From assembly GCA_002482505.1 (NCBI GenBank), contig DLGD01000037.1, forward strand, positions 2,888 to 66,887: a DNA stretch of 64,000 nt, in the 5' to 3' direction. This stretch comes from Christensenella sp. UBA7703 (lineage in GTDB: Bacteria > Bacillota > Clostridia > Christensenellales > CAG-138). This document shows, one piece after another, positions 29,115 through 38,308 of this stretch (the stretch's first letter is position 1; every line of letters starts with the position of its first letter). Below the pieces are notes generated by a model. The model was not told the DNA's origin. It ran no database searches and saw nothing but the letters and a program-made list of their open reading frames with translations. Made by a program: the position numbers and the translations under genes.

Positions 29115-29708
29115 TTGCCATATACAGGCGCAAAGCAGAATAGCGTATTGGTCGTATCCGGATCGGAACGCTCCCGCGAGACACTCGTGGAGGTGTTTGC
29201 TTCCTCGCGTTATGCGCCCGTGGCCGCGCGCGGCTCTGCGGCGGAAGCGAGGCGGCTGGTGCTGGATACGCCATTTTCGCTGGTCTTTATCAACACCCCA
29301 TTGCCGGACGAGACGGGGTCCCAGCTTGCGCTCGATCTTTCCAATAGCCGCAATTGCTGTGTTGCGATACTGGTGCCGGGGGATAATTTTGATTCCGTGA
29401 ATGAGCAGATGGAGGACGCAGGGGTACTGACGCTGAGCAAACCCTGCACCGCGCAGCAACTGCGGCAGGCTGCGGCAATGATGAGCGCAACGCGCTTTAA
29501 GCTCGCCGATCTGGAGCAAAGAACCGCAACGCTGGAGGAAAAGATGGAGGAGATTCGTCTGGTCAACCGCGCGAAGTGGATGCTGATTGAGCGGCGCGGC
29601 ATGGACGAAGCCACCGCACACCGGTATATCGAGAAGTTGGCAATGGACGCACGGCAGACGAGAAGGCTCGTCGCGCAGACGCTGATTCGCTCGCTGGACA
29701 ACGACTGA
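29115..29708 (+). CDS. ANTAR-domain RNA-binding antiterminator with atypical (pseudo-)receiver domain
   Basis: The C-terminus EEIRLVNRAKWMLIERRGMDEATAHRYIEKLAMDARQTRRLVAQTLI is an ANTAR domain preceded by a coiled coil. The N-terminal receiver fold has SG instead of DD after beta1 and N instead of the phospho-acceptor D (LVFINTPLPD). TTG start with RBS GAGGGAG. Confidence 0.85.
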   Translation: MPYTGAKQNSVLVVSGSERSRETLVEVFASSRYAPVAARGSAAEARRLVLDTPFSLVFINTPLPDETGSQLALDLSNSRNCCVAILVPGDNFDSVNEQMEDAGVLTLSKPCTAQQLRQAAAMMSATRFKLADLEQRTATLEEKMEEIRLVNRAKWMLIERRGMDEATAHRYIEKLAMDARQTRRLVAQTLIRSLDND

Positions 29709-29770
29709 TTTTTTTTAAAAACAAGGACCGGCACAAACACTACAATATTAAGCAAATTAAGATGATACCG

Positions 29771-29793
29771 GCGGGAGCAATCCCGCTTTTTTT
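29771..29793 (+). terminator. Rho-independent terminator after the ANTAR gene
   Basis: GCGGGA-GCAA-TCCCGC followed by TTTTTTT. Confidence 0.8.
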
Positions 29794-29884
29794 GTGCTAC
29801 ACTAATGTTGTCACCAAACTAAAAATGTATACGTGAGCGCAACGATGCGCCATCCATGGCTTTCCATGCTTGCCGGAGGAGTTT

Positions 29885-31240
29885 ATGGAGCAATTTGACG
29901 TTCTCATCGTCGGCGCGGCAACCGCCGGTAGTTTCCTTGCGCGCAGGCTCGCGGAAAGCGGGCACCGCGTGCTCGTGCTGGAGCAGCACCCGAAAGAAAA
30001 GCTGGGAAGAAAGCCGGAGGTGCTCCGCATCGCAAGGGCGGATATTGCGCGCTATGCGCTGCCCATGCCGGAGGAGGCGGATGATCTTGCCTATACCTGT
30101 TCCGGCGGCAGCGTTTTTTCTGCGCAGAACCATTACCCAAAGGAGATTTCGTGTGAATCGGTTGGGGTCTATCGGTTCCGTTATGTCGCGCGGATGAATG
30201 CCTGGGCGCGGGCAGCGGGGGCGGAGATTCGATACCAGGCATCGTTTGTCGATTTTCTATATGAAGGCGGGAAAATTGCGGGCGTGGTGTATGAGCAGGA
30301 TGGAGCACGACACGAGGTGCGGGCAAAACTGGTCGCCGATTGCTCCGGTGCTGCCGCCGTTGCCAGAACCAAACTGCCGGATGGCTATGGCGTGGAGAAT
30401 GCGCCGACTGCACCGGATGATTTACTGTATGTGACCTTGCGGCATGTCGTCTATCATGAGCCGGAGCATTCTGTCTCCCGCATGCGCGGCTGGCCGTATT
30501 ATCCGGCTTGGGTAGCGCCGGAGGGGCGGGTGGACTGCGCGATTCTCGGCACTTGGGCAAGCGGTTCTTTTGACGAAGGGGAGCGGGTGTTTGCCGCGTT
30601 TCAGCGCGCGGTCAGGCTCCCTCGGTACACTACTTTATGTACGGAGCGCGGCACGCTACTGAATCGGCACCCGCTGCATTCGTTTGTTGCGGATGGGTTT
30701 CTTGCCTCCAGCGACGCGGCATACGTAGCCGTGTCTAGCTCGCTAGCCGGGTTTTCGGTGTGCATGCCGCAGCTTGCCATTGCAGCGGAGGAGATCGGCC
30801 GTCTGCTGAACGAAGGCGGATATTTGTCGCGCGCGCGGCTTTGGAACATCAACACGCGTTTTTTTTCGGAACAGGGGCTTGTGCTTGTGGCGCGAAATGC
30901 AATGCAGCCCGCGCTTTTGTATACAACGGCCTCGGAGGACGATTTTTTCTTCCGCCATAATCTGTTTTATTCCGAACAAACACTCACCGCACTTTCGCAG
31001 GGCGCGGTGCCGGTGTTCTCCGCAAAAGAAACGTTACGCAATGCGTTGGCGCTCCTCGGCGGTGTGCTGACCGGAAAAGTGCGCGTTGCCGCGGCTGGAT
31101 GGTTCCTTCGAAACGTTCAAAACGGCATGCGGGCGGTCAGGTTTTATGCGGACTATCCCGCCGGTGAAGCGGATCTGGATGCCTGGGGTTCCCGCGCAGA
31201 GGCGTTTTGGAAGAAATGCAGGAAAACAGCGCGCGGTTGA
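29885..31240 (+). CDS. FAD-dependent oxidoreductase (geranylgeranyl-reductase/halogenase-like fold)
   Basis: The N-terminal dinucleotide-binding motif is DVLIVGAATAGSFLARRLAESGHRVLVLE. The ATG at 29885 follows GGAGGAGTTT. The specific function is unknown. Confidence 0.6.
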   Translation: MEQFDVLIVGAATAGSFLARRLAESGHRVLVLEQHPKEKLGRKPEVLRIARADIARYALPMPEEADDLAYTCSGGSVFSAQNHYPKEISCESVGVYRFRYVARMNAWARAAGAEIRYQASFVDFLYEGGKIAGVVYEQDGARHEVRAKLVADCSGAAAVARTKLPDGYGVENAPTAPDDLLYVTLRHVVYHEPEHSVSRMRGWPYYPAWVAPEGRVDCAILGTWASGSFDEGERVFAAFQRAVRLPRYTTLCTERGTLLNRHPLHSFVADGFLASSDAAYVAVSSSLAGFSVCMPQLAIAAEEIGRLLNEGGYLSRARLWNINTRFFSEQGLVLVARNAMQPALLYTTASEDDFFFRHNLFYSEQTLTALSQGAVPVFSAKETLRNALALLGGVLTGKVRVAAAGWFLRNVQNGMRAVRFYADYPAGEADLDAWGSRAEAFWKKCRKTARG

Positions 31241-31289
31241 GAAAGCCAATCGCAATCATTTTGAGACTCGATGGTGAGGATCCATGCTT

Positions 31290-31318
31290 TCCCCCTGTAT
31301 TTACGGGGGGATTTTTTT
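31290..31318 (+). terminator. Rho-independent terminator
   Basis: TCCCCCTG-6 nt-CGGGGGGA stem followed by TTTTTTT. Confidence 0.8.
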
Positions 31319-31332
31319 GCGTGAAATTCCTC

Positions 31333-31360
31333 TTGCATTGGCTATTCTTCCTGTTATAAT
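31333..31360 (+). promoter_or_regulatory. Strong sigma-A-type promoter of the tetR-SCP2-M24 unit
   Basis: TTGCAT (31333-31338), a 16-nt spacer and TGTTATAAT (extended -10, hexamer 31355-31360). Confidence 0.65.
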
Positions 31361-31411
31361 TGAATTAATCAACAAATCATTTATTTATAATTTAAACAAA
31401 GGAACCCGAAT

Positions 31412-31993
31412 ATGCGAAACAAACTCGATGAACAGATCATCCTTGACGCGGCGCTGAAGGTGTTTTCCCGTTTTGGCTACAAAAAATCCACGTTGGAGGA
31501 TATCGCGAGCGAATTAGGCATGACCAACACCGCGATGTATGCCTACGCCGCAAGCAAGCGCGATCTTTACGAGCGCACGGTGTCCTATGTGATGAAGCGC
31601 TGGCAGTCCGGTGTGGAGCAGGCGGTGAACGCGAAAACTACCGCGCAGGAGAAGATGACCGCGCTTTGCGAAAACGCGCTGTATTATCTTGCGCAGGATC
31701 AGGAGTTTTGTGCCCTGCTCAGGAACGATCCGCAGATTTTTCCGATGTTTCCGACGGTCGATCCATATGAAGAGATCAACCGCGATTCCGTGCGGATGAT
31801 CGAGCGGATTCTGTTGTTTGGGCAGCAGACAGGGGAGTTTTGCGCGGTGGATGCCCCGGCGGTCAGCGAGGTGCTGTTTTCGATCTATAAGAATTTCATC
31901 ATCCACACGTATATCAACAGCGAGGAAGATTACACCAGCCGTTATCTGCCGATCACGATGGAGCTGATTTTAAACGGGATTAAGAAGGGTTGA
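31412..31993 (+). CDS. TetR/AcrR family transcriptional regulator
   Basis: The N-terminal HTH reads ILDAALKVFSRFGYKKSTLEDIASELGMTNTAMYAY. 193 aa. Confidence 0.85.
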   Translation: MRNKLDEQIILDAALKVFSRFGYKKSTLEDIASELGMTNTAMYAYAASKRDLYERTVSYVMKRWQSGVEQAVNAKTTAQEKMTALCENALYYLAQDQEFCALLRNDPQIFPMFPTVDPYEEINRDSVRMIERILLFGQQTGEFCAVDAPAVSEVLFSIYKNFIIHTYINSEEDYTSRYLPITMELILNGIKKG

Positions 31994-32110
31994 TGTGCGC
32001 TGATGCGCACGGTTCGCGTTAAGAAGACGCAAAACATTTCAACAAAGCACATCAGGAGAATGGATTCTCCCCAAATAAAAACTGCATATCGGAAAGGAGC
32101 ACATCAAATC

Positions 32111-32503
32111 ATGGTCAAGTATCTTTCCCAAGACTGGCGCAAAGAGGTGGAGGCGCGGCTTTCCGCCCAACTCACACCGGACAAGATGAACAACCTTACC
32201 TCCTCGATGAACAATCTCTATCTCAACTGCTCGGACGGCAAGAGTCACTATTTCTTTGTCGGCTTTGTCGATGGCAAGGTGGACAGCGTGCTGGTTGGCG
32301 AGGGCGAAGGCCCGAAGGCAGAGTTTGTGATCTCCGGCGAATATGAAACCTTCGCGAAGATCTCCCGCGCGGAACTTGGCGCGCAAAAGGCGCTCATGGG
32401 CGGCCTGCTCAAGCTCAAGGGCAACATGGTCAAGGCGCTAAAGCTCGCGTCTCTGGTCGATCGCCTGAACAAGATCATCGCCACCATTGAGACCGAGTAT
32501 TGA
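32111..32503 (+). CDS. SCP2 sterol-carrier-like domain protein
   Basis: …GEGPKAEFVISGEYETFAKISRAELGAQKALMGGLLKLKGNMVKALKL matches the SCP-2 C-terminal pattern. The ATG at 32111 follows AAGGAGCAC. Confidence 0.7.
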   Translation: MVKYLSQDWRKEVEARLSAQLTPDKMNNLTSSMNNLYLNCSDGKSHYFFVGFVDGKVDSVLVGEGEGPKAEFVISGEYETFAKISRAELGAQKALMGGLLKLKGNMVKALKLASLVDRLNKIIATIETEY

Positions 32504-32511
32504 GGAGGGAA

Positions 32512-33732
32512 ATGGATATGTTTGACAAAACCAGCCCGTTTTATATCGATTTTCCCGGACGCATCAAGGCTATCCAAGCCGAGATGGCGAAAGAAAAGAT
32601 TGATCTGTATTTGGGGTCCCGTCTGCGTACGATGAGTTGGACGACGGACGCGTTCTTTCCCTGGCGCAGTTTTATTGTAATCCCTGCGGAAGGGCTGCCG
32701 ACAGCGTTTACGTTCGTGATTGACGCGGCGCGCGCGGCGGACGAGAGCTGGCTGGACGAGGATCACGTGATGGGCTTTGCGCCGATGGGCGGACAGGATC
32801 AGATCACGCAGATCTCCGATTTCATCAAGGATTATCTGCCACACGGCGGAAGAGTCGGCGTGGAAGCGGGTATGAGTAACTATCTGCCGGAAGGGTACCT
32901 CACCTATTACGAATACAAGTCGTTTGAGGCAGCACTGCCGGACTGCACGCTCGTCAACGCGCATCCGATTGTGGATCGTTTGCAGATGATCAAGGACATC
33001 GGCACCATCAACCGATTCCGCGAAGCATCCCGTATCGTGGATATCGGGCACGAAGCGGTGCTTGCCGCGATCAAAAACGGCGGATGGAAAGGCATGACAG
33101 AGACGGAGATTGCCGGGCTTGCGGGCTATGCCATGCGCAAGGCGGGCAGTACGTTTGAGTGGTCATTCACCGGCGGAAACGAGATCGCCGCGGGTTATCG
33201 AACCGGGCTTGCGGGCGGCGCCTGCACACCCGCAACCACGAAGAAGGTTGCATCGGGCGAACCGCTGATGGTGGATATCCACGCGCTCTTTGGCCTATGC
33301 TGCGGCGACCACAGCCACAACTATCTGATTGCTCCCGCGAGCGAGCGGCAGCTTTGGCACGCGAAAAACTTTGTGGATATGGTTGCGCTCACGCTCAAGA
33401 CATACCGCGCGGGCATCTCGCCTTCCTCGCTGGCGGCGGAGATGATGGACTTTGCGGAGTCTCGCGGGTTTGCGGACTTCATGGTGCCGGGGTTTGAACA
33501 CGGCATCGGCATGCTCGGCGACGAGTGGAGAATCGGCAAACACGACGGCCCGTTCCCGTATTGGACGGACCCGGATCACGGATATCTGGAGAACGAAGTG
33601 CTCATCTGCGCGATGCAGTATGCCTGCCCGGACGAGAACATCGGCTTCCGTTATGAAAACCCGATTCTCCTCACCAAAGACGGCTGCGAATACATGAGCA
33701 AATTCCCGCTGGCGATTGAAGTGATTGAGTAA
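32512..33732 (+). CDS. M24-family (creatinase/prolidase fold) peptidase-like protein
   Basis: It has a creatinase-type N-domain followed by a pita-bread fold (…GEPLMVDIHALFGLCCGDHSHNY…FEHGIGM…YENPILLTKDG). The start is ATG 32512 or 32518, with GAGGAGGG immediately upstream. Confidence 0.8.
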   Translation: MDMFDKTSPFYIDFPGRIKAIQAEMAKEKIDLYLGSRLRTMSWTTDAFFPWRSFIVIPAEGLPTAFTFVIDAARAADESWLDEDHVMGFAPMGGQDQITQISDFIKDYLPHGGRVGVEAGMSNYLPEGYLTYYEYKSFEAALPDCTLVNAHPIVDRLQMIKDIGTINRFREASRIVDIGHEAVLAAIKNGGWKGMTETEIAGLAGYAMRKAGSTFEWSFTGGNEIAAGYRTGLAGGACTPATTKKVASGEPLMVDIHALFGLCCGDHSHNYLIAPASERQLWHAKNFVDMVALTLKTYRAGISPSSLAAEMMDFAESRGFADFMVPGFEHGIGMLGDEWRIGKHDGPFPYWTDPDHGYLENEVLICAMQYACPDENIGFRYENPILLTKDGCEYMSKFPLAIEVIE

Positions 33733-33769
33733 GATTCTTACAAAGGGTAGCTTCCAAACACCAAAAACA

Positions 33770-33800
33770 CAAAAGCACGGTTTTTGCGCCGTGCTTTTCT
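33770..33800. terminator. Bidirectional terminator between convergent genes
   Basis: AAAAGCACGG-TTTTTGCG-CCGTGCTTTTC. Confidence 0.75.
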
Positions 33801-33808
33801 GTTTCGCC

Positions 33809-35596
33809 TTAGTTATCCCACAGATCACCTTGGACGATGTCCGCTTTATGGACGGTCGCCGTGATGTCAAACGTTCCGACAAACACTCGGTTGTATTCTA
33901 TATCCCGGTCGTAGACGTCCCACACGAGCCGAATCTCGAATATATCGGGCAAGTACTTTGGCACAATCTGCATGAAGTGCCCGCGTGTGCCGCTGTCCCA
34001 GTCGTCAAATGTGGTAAACGTTCCGTAGCTTTCCACCCACAGCTTAGCCGCCGCTTCAGTATACTGTCCTCCCTTATACCAACATTCCAGCTCTACTCCG
34101 TCCATATAAATATGCTGGACAGTATAGGATGCCTCAGGAGGACAGTAAAGACCGTCGATCGTATACCGTATAAATAGATAGTGCTGCGTGGGGTCAAATC
34201 CAAGCCGCTCCAGCGTGAGCGAAACGCCCTCCACTGTTTGACTACCTTCAAGCGGGCAGTACGACCTCTCGTTTCTGCCATCTGCCGCCAGTCGTCGCGT
34301 TTCTTCGCACCAGGCTTCCCGCTCCGCGTCGTCCGCTGGCAACGTGACTTCACCCGTGTGCGGATTGATATAAAACGCAATCTGTATCCGCTCTTTTGCG
34401 ACGGTATAATCGACTCCGTCTCCTGTTTGGAATGGATCGATCCCTCCTTCACCAAGCACTGCCACGAGCACGTTTTCCGGCTGATTCGCCGCGTCTGCAT
34501 ACCAAGGAAGCAGCGTTAGCGCGGTCAGTGTGGATGGGTAATCGCCACCATAATTCTTTCCTTCTTCCGTGTGTGGCTCGTATACCGCGCTGAGCTGTGT
34601 TCCGACAGTATGATAGCCATCAAGGTACATGTCACGAAATGTATTCACACCCTTGTTCTGCCAATTGCACTCGCCAATCGTCCCCAATAGCACGCCTTCC
34701 TTGGAAGCCGCCGCGTCCTTGAGCGTAAACACTCCTTGTACAATGTTGAGCGGGAACGCTTCATTGGGCATGTCGGAGATGGCTTCCGCCTGTTCAGTCG
34801 CATTCGACTCCAAACTGGACAGCGATTCTTTAACCAATTCATCGCGTTTCGCCTCGATTTCCTCCGTCGGTATTTCGTAAACAAAATCAAACGAGAAACT
34901 TCCAAGATTTTCCCCGCGTTGCCCGTTTTCGTCCCATTGGTAGAGTGTTCCGCTCAATTTCATAGGCATGCCGGAGACGATGGTTTGGTCGTCGATGCGG
35001 AACCACATTTCGTGATCTGCGCCAAGCCCCGAAGGATCCGCCATAGCGATTGCGGGTAGCGCGCGCACCGTATCGTCTGCTTTTGCGTAGGCGGGGTAAT
35101 CATTTCCGCCGACGGTCAACACAAAATCAAAGTTGTACAAGCGGCTGTTATCGCCGGTCTTGGAATCTTCGCTATTGAAGGTAACATGCACTTCCGGCGG
35201 GTTTTCGTTCGGATAATAACAGACGCCGACAGGTTCGAAGGTGATACCGTCAACCTCTGCCGTACCGCTTAGCGGGCTAAAGAACGTCATGCCGGCAATG
35301 GCTGCGTCGGCATACTGCTGCGCCTTTGCCAGACGATCATTCACCGCCTGCTCGCTCTGTGCATACTCCTTTGCCTGCTGCGTGCTGCTCCAGTAGACGG
35401 CATAAGCTGCGCAGGCGGAGAGCAGGAGAAGAACAGCTGCGATCAGAATCAGAAGCGCTTTTCGCTGCCGCGTCATGACTGGAACCGGCTTAACAGGCGC
35501 GGGGGAAAGGCGCTCATCGTTCAATCGATTCAGCAAGCGTTTCTGAAACTCCGGCGTTGCGTGAACGCGGGCAAATCCGGCTTCATAGCGATTCAT
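33809..35596 (-). CDS. Putative anti-sigma factor: single-pass membrane protein with a large extracytoplasmic domain
   Basis: It overlaps the 3' end of the ECF sigma gene by 14 nt. A short cytoplasmic N-terminus is followed by one TM helix (ALLILIAAVLLLLSACAAYAV) and a ~520-aa external domain with no motif I recognise. Confidence 0.5.
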   Translation of the reverse strand: MNRYEAGFARVHATPEFQKRLLNRLNDERLSPAPVKPVPVMTRQRKALLILIAAVLLLLSACAAYAVYWSSTQQAKEYAQSEQAVNDRLAKAQQYADAAIAGMTFFSPLSGTAEVDGITFEPVGVCYYPNENPPEVHVTFNSEDSKTGDNSRLYNFDFVLTVGGNDYPAYAKADDTVRALPAIAMADPSGLGADHEMWFRIDDQTIVSGMPMKLSGTLYQWDENGQRGENLGSFSFDFVYEIPTEEIEAKRDELVKESLSSLESNATEQAEAISDMPNEAFPLNIVQGVFTLKDAAASKEGVLLGTIGECNWQNKGVNTFRDMYLDGYHTVGTQLSAVYEPHTEEGKNYGGDYPSTLTALTLLPWYADAANQPENVLVAVLGEGGIDPFQTGDGVDYTVAKERIQIAFYINPHTGEVTLPADDAEREAWCEETRRLAADGRNERSYCPLEGSQTVEGVSLTLERLGFDPTQHYLFIRYTIDGLYCPPEASYTVQHIYMDGVELECWYKGGQYTEAAAKLWVESYGTFTTFDDWDSGTRGHFMQIVPKYLPDIFEIRLVWDVYDRDIEYNRVFVGTFDITATVHKADIVQGDLWDN

Positions 35597-36080
35597 AGCC
35601 TTCTCCTTTCAGCAATGCCTTGAGCTTTTTGCGCGCGCGACTGAGGCGGGAGCTCACGGTTCCTTCTTTTTCGCCTAAAATGCGTGCGATTTCACCGATT
35701 GGCATCCGCTCAAAATAAAAAAGATACACGGCGTAGCGATCGGATTCCGGAAGCTGGTTGACGGCGTCGAGAACCTCCGCTGTCTCAGGCGGAAGGGTGG
35801 TAAGCGACGCCTCGTCCAGCGGCACGCTTGTGCGCCGAACGGCAGATTTTCGATAGTCCTTGCAGAGGTTGATCGTCGTGCGAAGCAACCATGATTTCTC
35901 GTGTTCCGCGCTGCGAAATTCGGGATTTGCGCGCAGCAATCGCAGGTATACCGTCTGCACGATATCCTCCGCTTCAGGGATGCTTTGCGTTCTGTTGAGC
36001 GCGAGGCGCAGGAGCATATCGGAATATGCCTCGACCATTCTCGCGATCTCCCGTTGGTTTGGCAAGCCTGTTTTTCCCAT
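35583..36080 (-). CDS. ECF-type RNA polymerase sigma-70 factor
   Basis: Region 2 (AEDIVQTVYLRLL…EKSWLLRTTINLCKDYRK) and region 4 (YAVYLFYFERMPIGEIARILGEKEGTVSSRLSRARKKL) are present. Confidence 0.9.
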   Translation of the reverse strand: MGKTGLPNQREIARMVEAYSDMLLRLALNRTQSIPEAEDIVQTVYLRLLRANPEFRSAEHEKSWLLRTTINLCKDYRKSAVRRTSVPLDEASLTTLPPETAEVLDAVNQLPESDRYAVYLFYFERMPIGEIARILGEKEGTVSSRLSRARKKLKALLKGEGYESL

Positions 36081-36196
36081 TACAACACCTATCTTGCGTG
36101 ATTTACTCTGATCATATCAAACTTACGTGCGCTTTCTACCAATAACACGATTATTCTGGCGAAATCCCTGCATCTTTGTGGGAAAAACTTCTAATT

Positions 36197-36230
36197 AAAA
36201 ACACACAACCTTGCGGCCGTGTGTTTTGTG
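36197..36230 (-). terminator. Probable terminator downstream of the flavodiiron gene
   Basis: The minus strand has an ACACACGGCCGCAAGGTTGTGTG hairpin followed by TTTTT. Confidence 0.5.
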
Positions 36231-36244
36231 TTGCTTGTGTCACT

Positions 36245-38308
36245 TCATTCGATTGGCTTAAATGCGCTCGCCGGATTGCTGCAGATCGGGCAGATGTAGT
36301 CGTCCGGCAGGGTATCGCTCTCCAGCACGTATCCGCAAATTCCGCAGACAAACCCCTTCTTCTTCTCCGATTCAGGGGCTTTCTCCGGCTCAGCGGATTT
36401 CGCGGGTTCGGCTTTCTGTTCCGGTTCGGTCTTCTTTTCCGGCTCCGGCTTCTTCTGCTCCGTTACGGAGGAGAGGGGCACGAATACCTCCGCGCCGTGT
36501 TTGCACACGGGGCAGATGAAGTCCGCAGGCAGCGTGTCGCTCTCGTGGATGTAGCCGCAGACGGTGCAAAGCCAGCCCTTCTTCTGCGCGGCATTCGCGC
36601 CGGGCGCGGGCTTGATGTTCTTATGATAGTAGTCGTACGTCACCGAAGCTTCGCCGGAGAGCTTGCGCGCCTCGGTTAGGTCGGCGAGGAAGAGCGTATG
36701 CGTGCCGCAGTCCAGCGTGCTGATCACCTTGCCGCTGAGCAGGGCATTCACGCCCTCGGTGACATAGGTGAGTCCGTTGACGCTGCGCGCATAGGCACGG
36801 TAGTCGGCAAATTTATCGCCATCCTTGCCGCTCTTGAGGCCAAAGCGCTGGTAGACGTCAAATTTCGACTGTTCGGTGAGGATGGAGAGGTTGAAAATGC
36901 CTGTTTTGAGCACCATATCGTGCGTCATGTTGGCTTTGTTAACCGTAAATGTGACGCGCAGCGGCGTGCTCGTGGCCTGAATAACCGTGTTGATGATGCA
37001 GCCGTTGTCGCGTTCGCCATCTTTCGCGGTGAGCACAAACAGGCCGTAGCTGATGGCAAACAGCGCGGTTTTATCCAGTTCGCCGGTGGGCACATCCTCG
37101 TTTTTCGGCAGCACCATGGTGCTGGCAATCGCGTTTGCAAGTGCGTCGATTTCAACGAGCTGCTCCTCTTTGAGCGAGGAGCGGAGGCTGACGGTCTCCT
37201 CCAGCACGGTCATATCCTTCAGCGAGGCGAGGGAATCGCGCATGAGTTTGCCGCTCACCGGCGCCCAGGAACCGTTTTCGATGAACGCAAGCGTGCGGTT
37301 TTGGATGTTGTGCAGCACGAGGTCGTGGATGAGCTCTTCCATCGTGATGAACACACCCGCGTTATACGTCGTCGCCGCAAAGACGAGGTGGCTGTAGCGG
37401 AAGCAGGCCGCGACGATTTCCGACATCGGCACGACCGAAACATCGAACACCTCGACCTTGACGCCGAGCTCGCGCAGGCGGCTCGCGAGAATCTCCGCCG
37501 CGTTCTCCGTGTTTCCGTAGATGGAGGCATAGGCGAGCATCACGCCCGTCTCTTCGGGTTCATACGTGCTCCAGCGCTGATATTTCTCCATATAGGCGGA
37601 GAAATCCTTGCGGTGGACGGGCCCGTGCAGCGGGCAGATGATCTTCACGTCCAGATTGGCAACTTTTTTGAGCGCGGACTGCACCTGCGGGCCGTATTTG
37701 CCGATGATGTTGGCGTAATACCGGCGCGCTTCGCCGACAAAGGTGTTGTAGAAATCCAGCTCGTCGGCAAACAGCGCGCCGTTGAGTGCGTTGAAGGTGC
37801 CGAACGCATCCGCCGAAAAGAGTACCTTGTCCGTGCGGTCATAGGTGAACATGACCTCCGGCCAGTGCACCATCGGCGCCATAACAAACTGAAACTCGTG
37901 TTTTCCGGTGGAGAGCGTGTCGTTTTCTTTGACGATGATGGCGCGATCCAGCACATCCTGATCGAAGAACTGGCAGATCATCTCGCTGGTCTTTTTTGTG
38001 CAGACGATCTTGGTGTCCGTATAGCGGCACAGCAGATCCATCAGCGTTGCGGAGTGATCCGGCTCCATGTGCTGCACGACGACATAGTCGAGCTTGCGTC
38101 CGTCCAGAATATGAGCGACATTTTCAAAAAACACCTTTGCGACGGCTTTGTCCACCGTATCAAAAAGGATCGTCTGTTCATCCAGAATCAGATAAGAATT
38201 ATAGGATACGCCGTCGGGAATGGAATAAACGCCTTCAAACATGGCAAGCCTGCGGTCGTTTCCACCAACCCAGGTGATGTCTTCGTTCACTTTTCGCGTG
38301 CAATACAT
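36245..38308 (-). CDS. Multidomain flavodiiron protein: diiron MBL + flavodoxin core, flavin-reductase-like domain and two C-terminal rubredoxin domains
   Basis: The diiron motif VVQHMEPDH (HxExDH) and flavodoxin segment MLAYASIYGNTE are present. A flavin-reductase-like segment is LFVLTAKDGERDNGCIINTV. Rubredoxin 1 is CTVC…CPVC, followed by a PEK-rich linker and rubredoxin 2 CGIC…CPIC. Confidence 0.9.
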   Translation of the reverse strand: MYCTRKVNEDITWVGGNDRRLAMFEGVYSIPDGVSYNSYLILDEQTILFDTVDKAVAKVFFENVAHILDGRKLDYVVVQHMEPDHSATLMDLLCRYTDTKIVCTKKTSEMICQFFDQDVLDRAIIVKENDTLSTGKHEFQFVMAPMVHWPEVMFTYDRTDKVLFSADAFGTFNALNGALFADELDFYNTFVGEARRYYANIIGKYGPQVQSALKKVANLDVKIICPLHGPVHRKDFSAYMEKYQRWSTYEPEETGVMLAYASIYGNTENAAEILASRLRELGVKVEVFDVSVVPMSEIVAACFRYSHLVFAATTYNAGVFITMEELIHDLVLHNIQNRTLAFIENGSWAPVSGKLMRDSLASLKDMTVLEETVSLRSSLKEEQLVEIDALANAIASTMVLPKNEDVPTGELDKTALFAISYGLFVLTAKDGERDNGCIINTVIQATSTPLRVTFTVNKANMTHDMVLKTGIFNLSILTEQSKFDVYQRFGLKSGKDGDKFADYRAYARSVNGLTYVTEGVNALLSGKVISTLDCGTHTLFLADLTEARKLSGEASVTYDYYHKNIKPAPGANAAQKKGWLCTVCGYIHESDTLPADFICPVCKHGAEVFVPLSSVTEQKKPEPEKKTEPEQKAEPAKSAEPEKAPESEKKKGFVCGICGYVLESDTLPDDYICPICSNPASAFKPIE

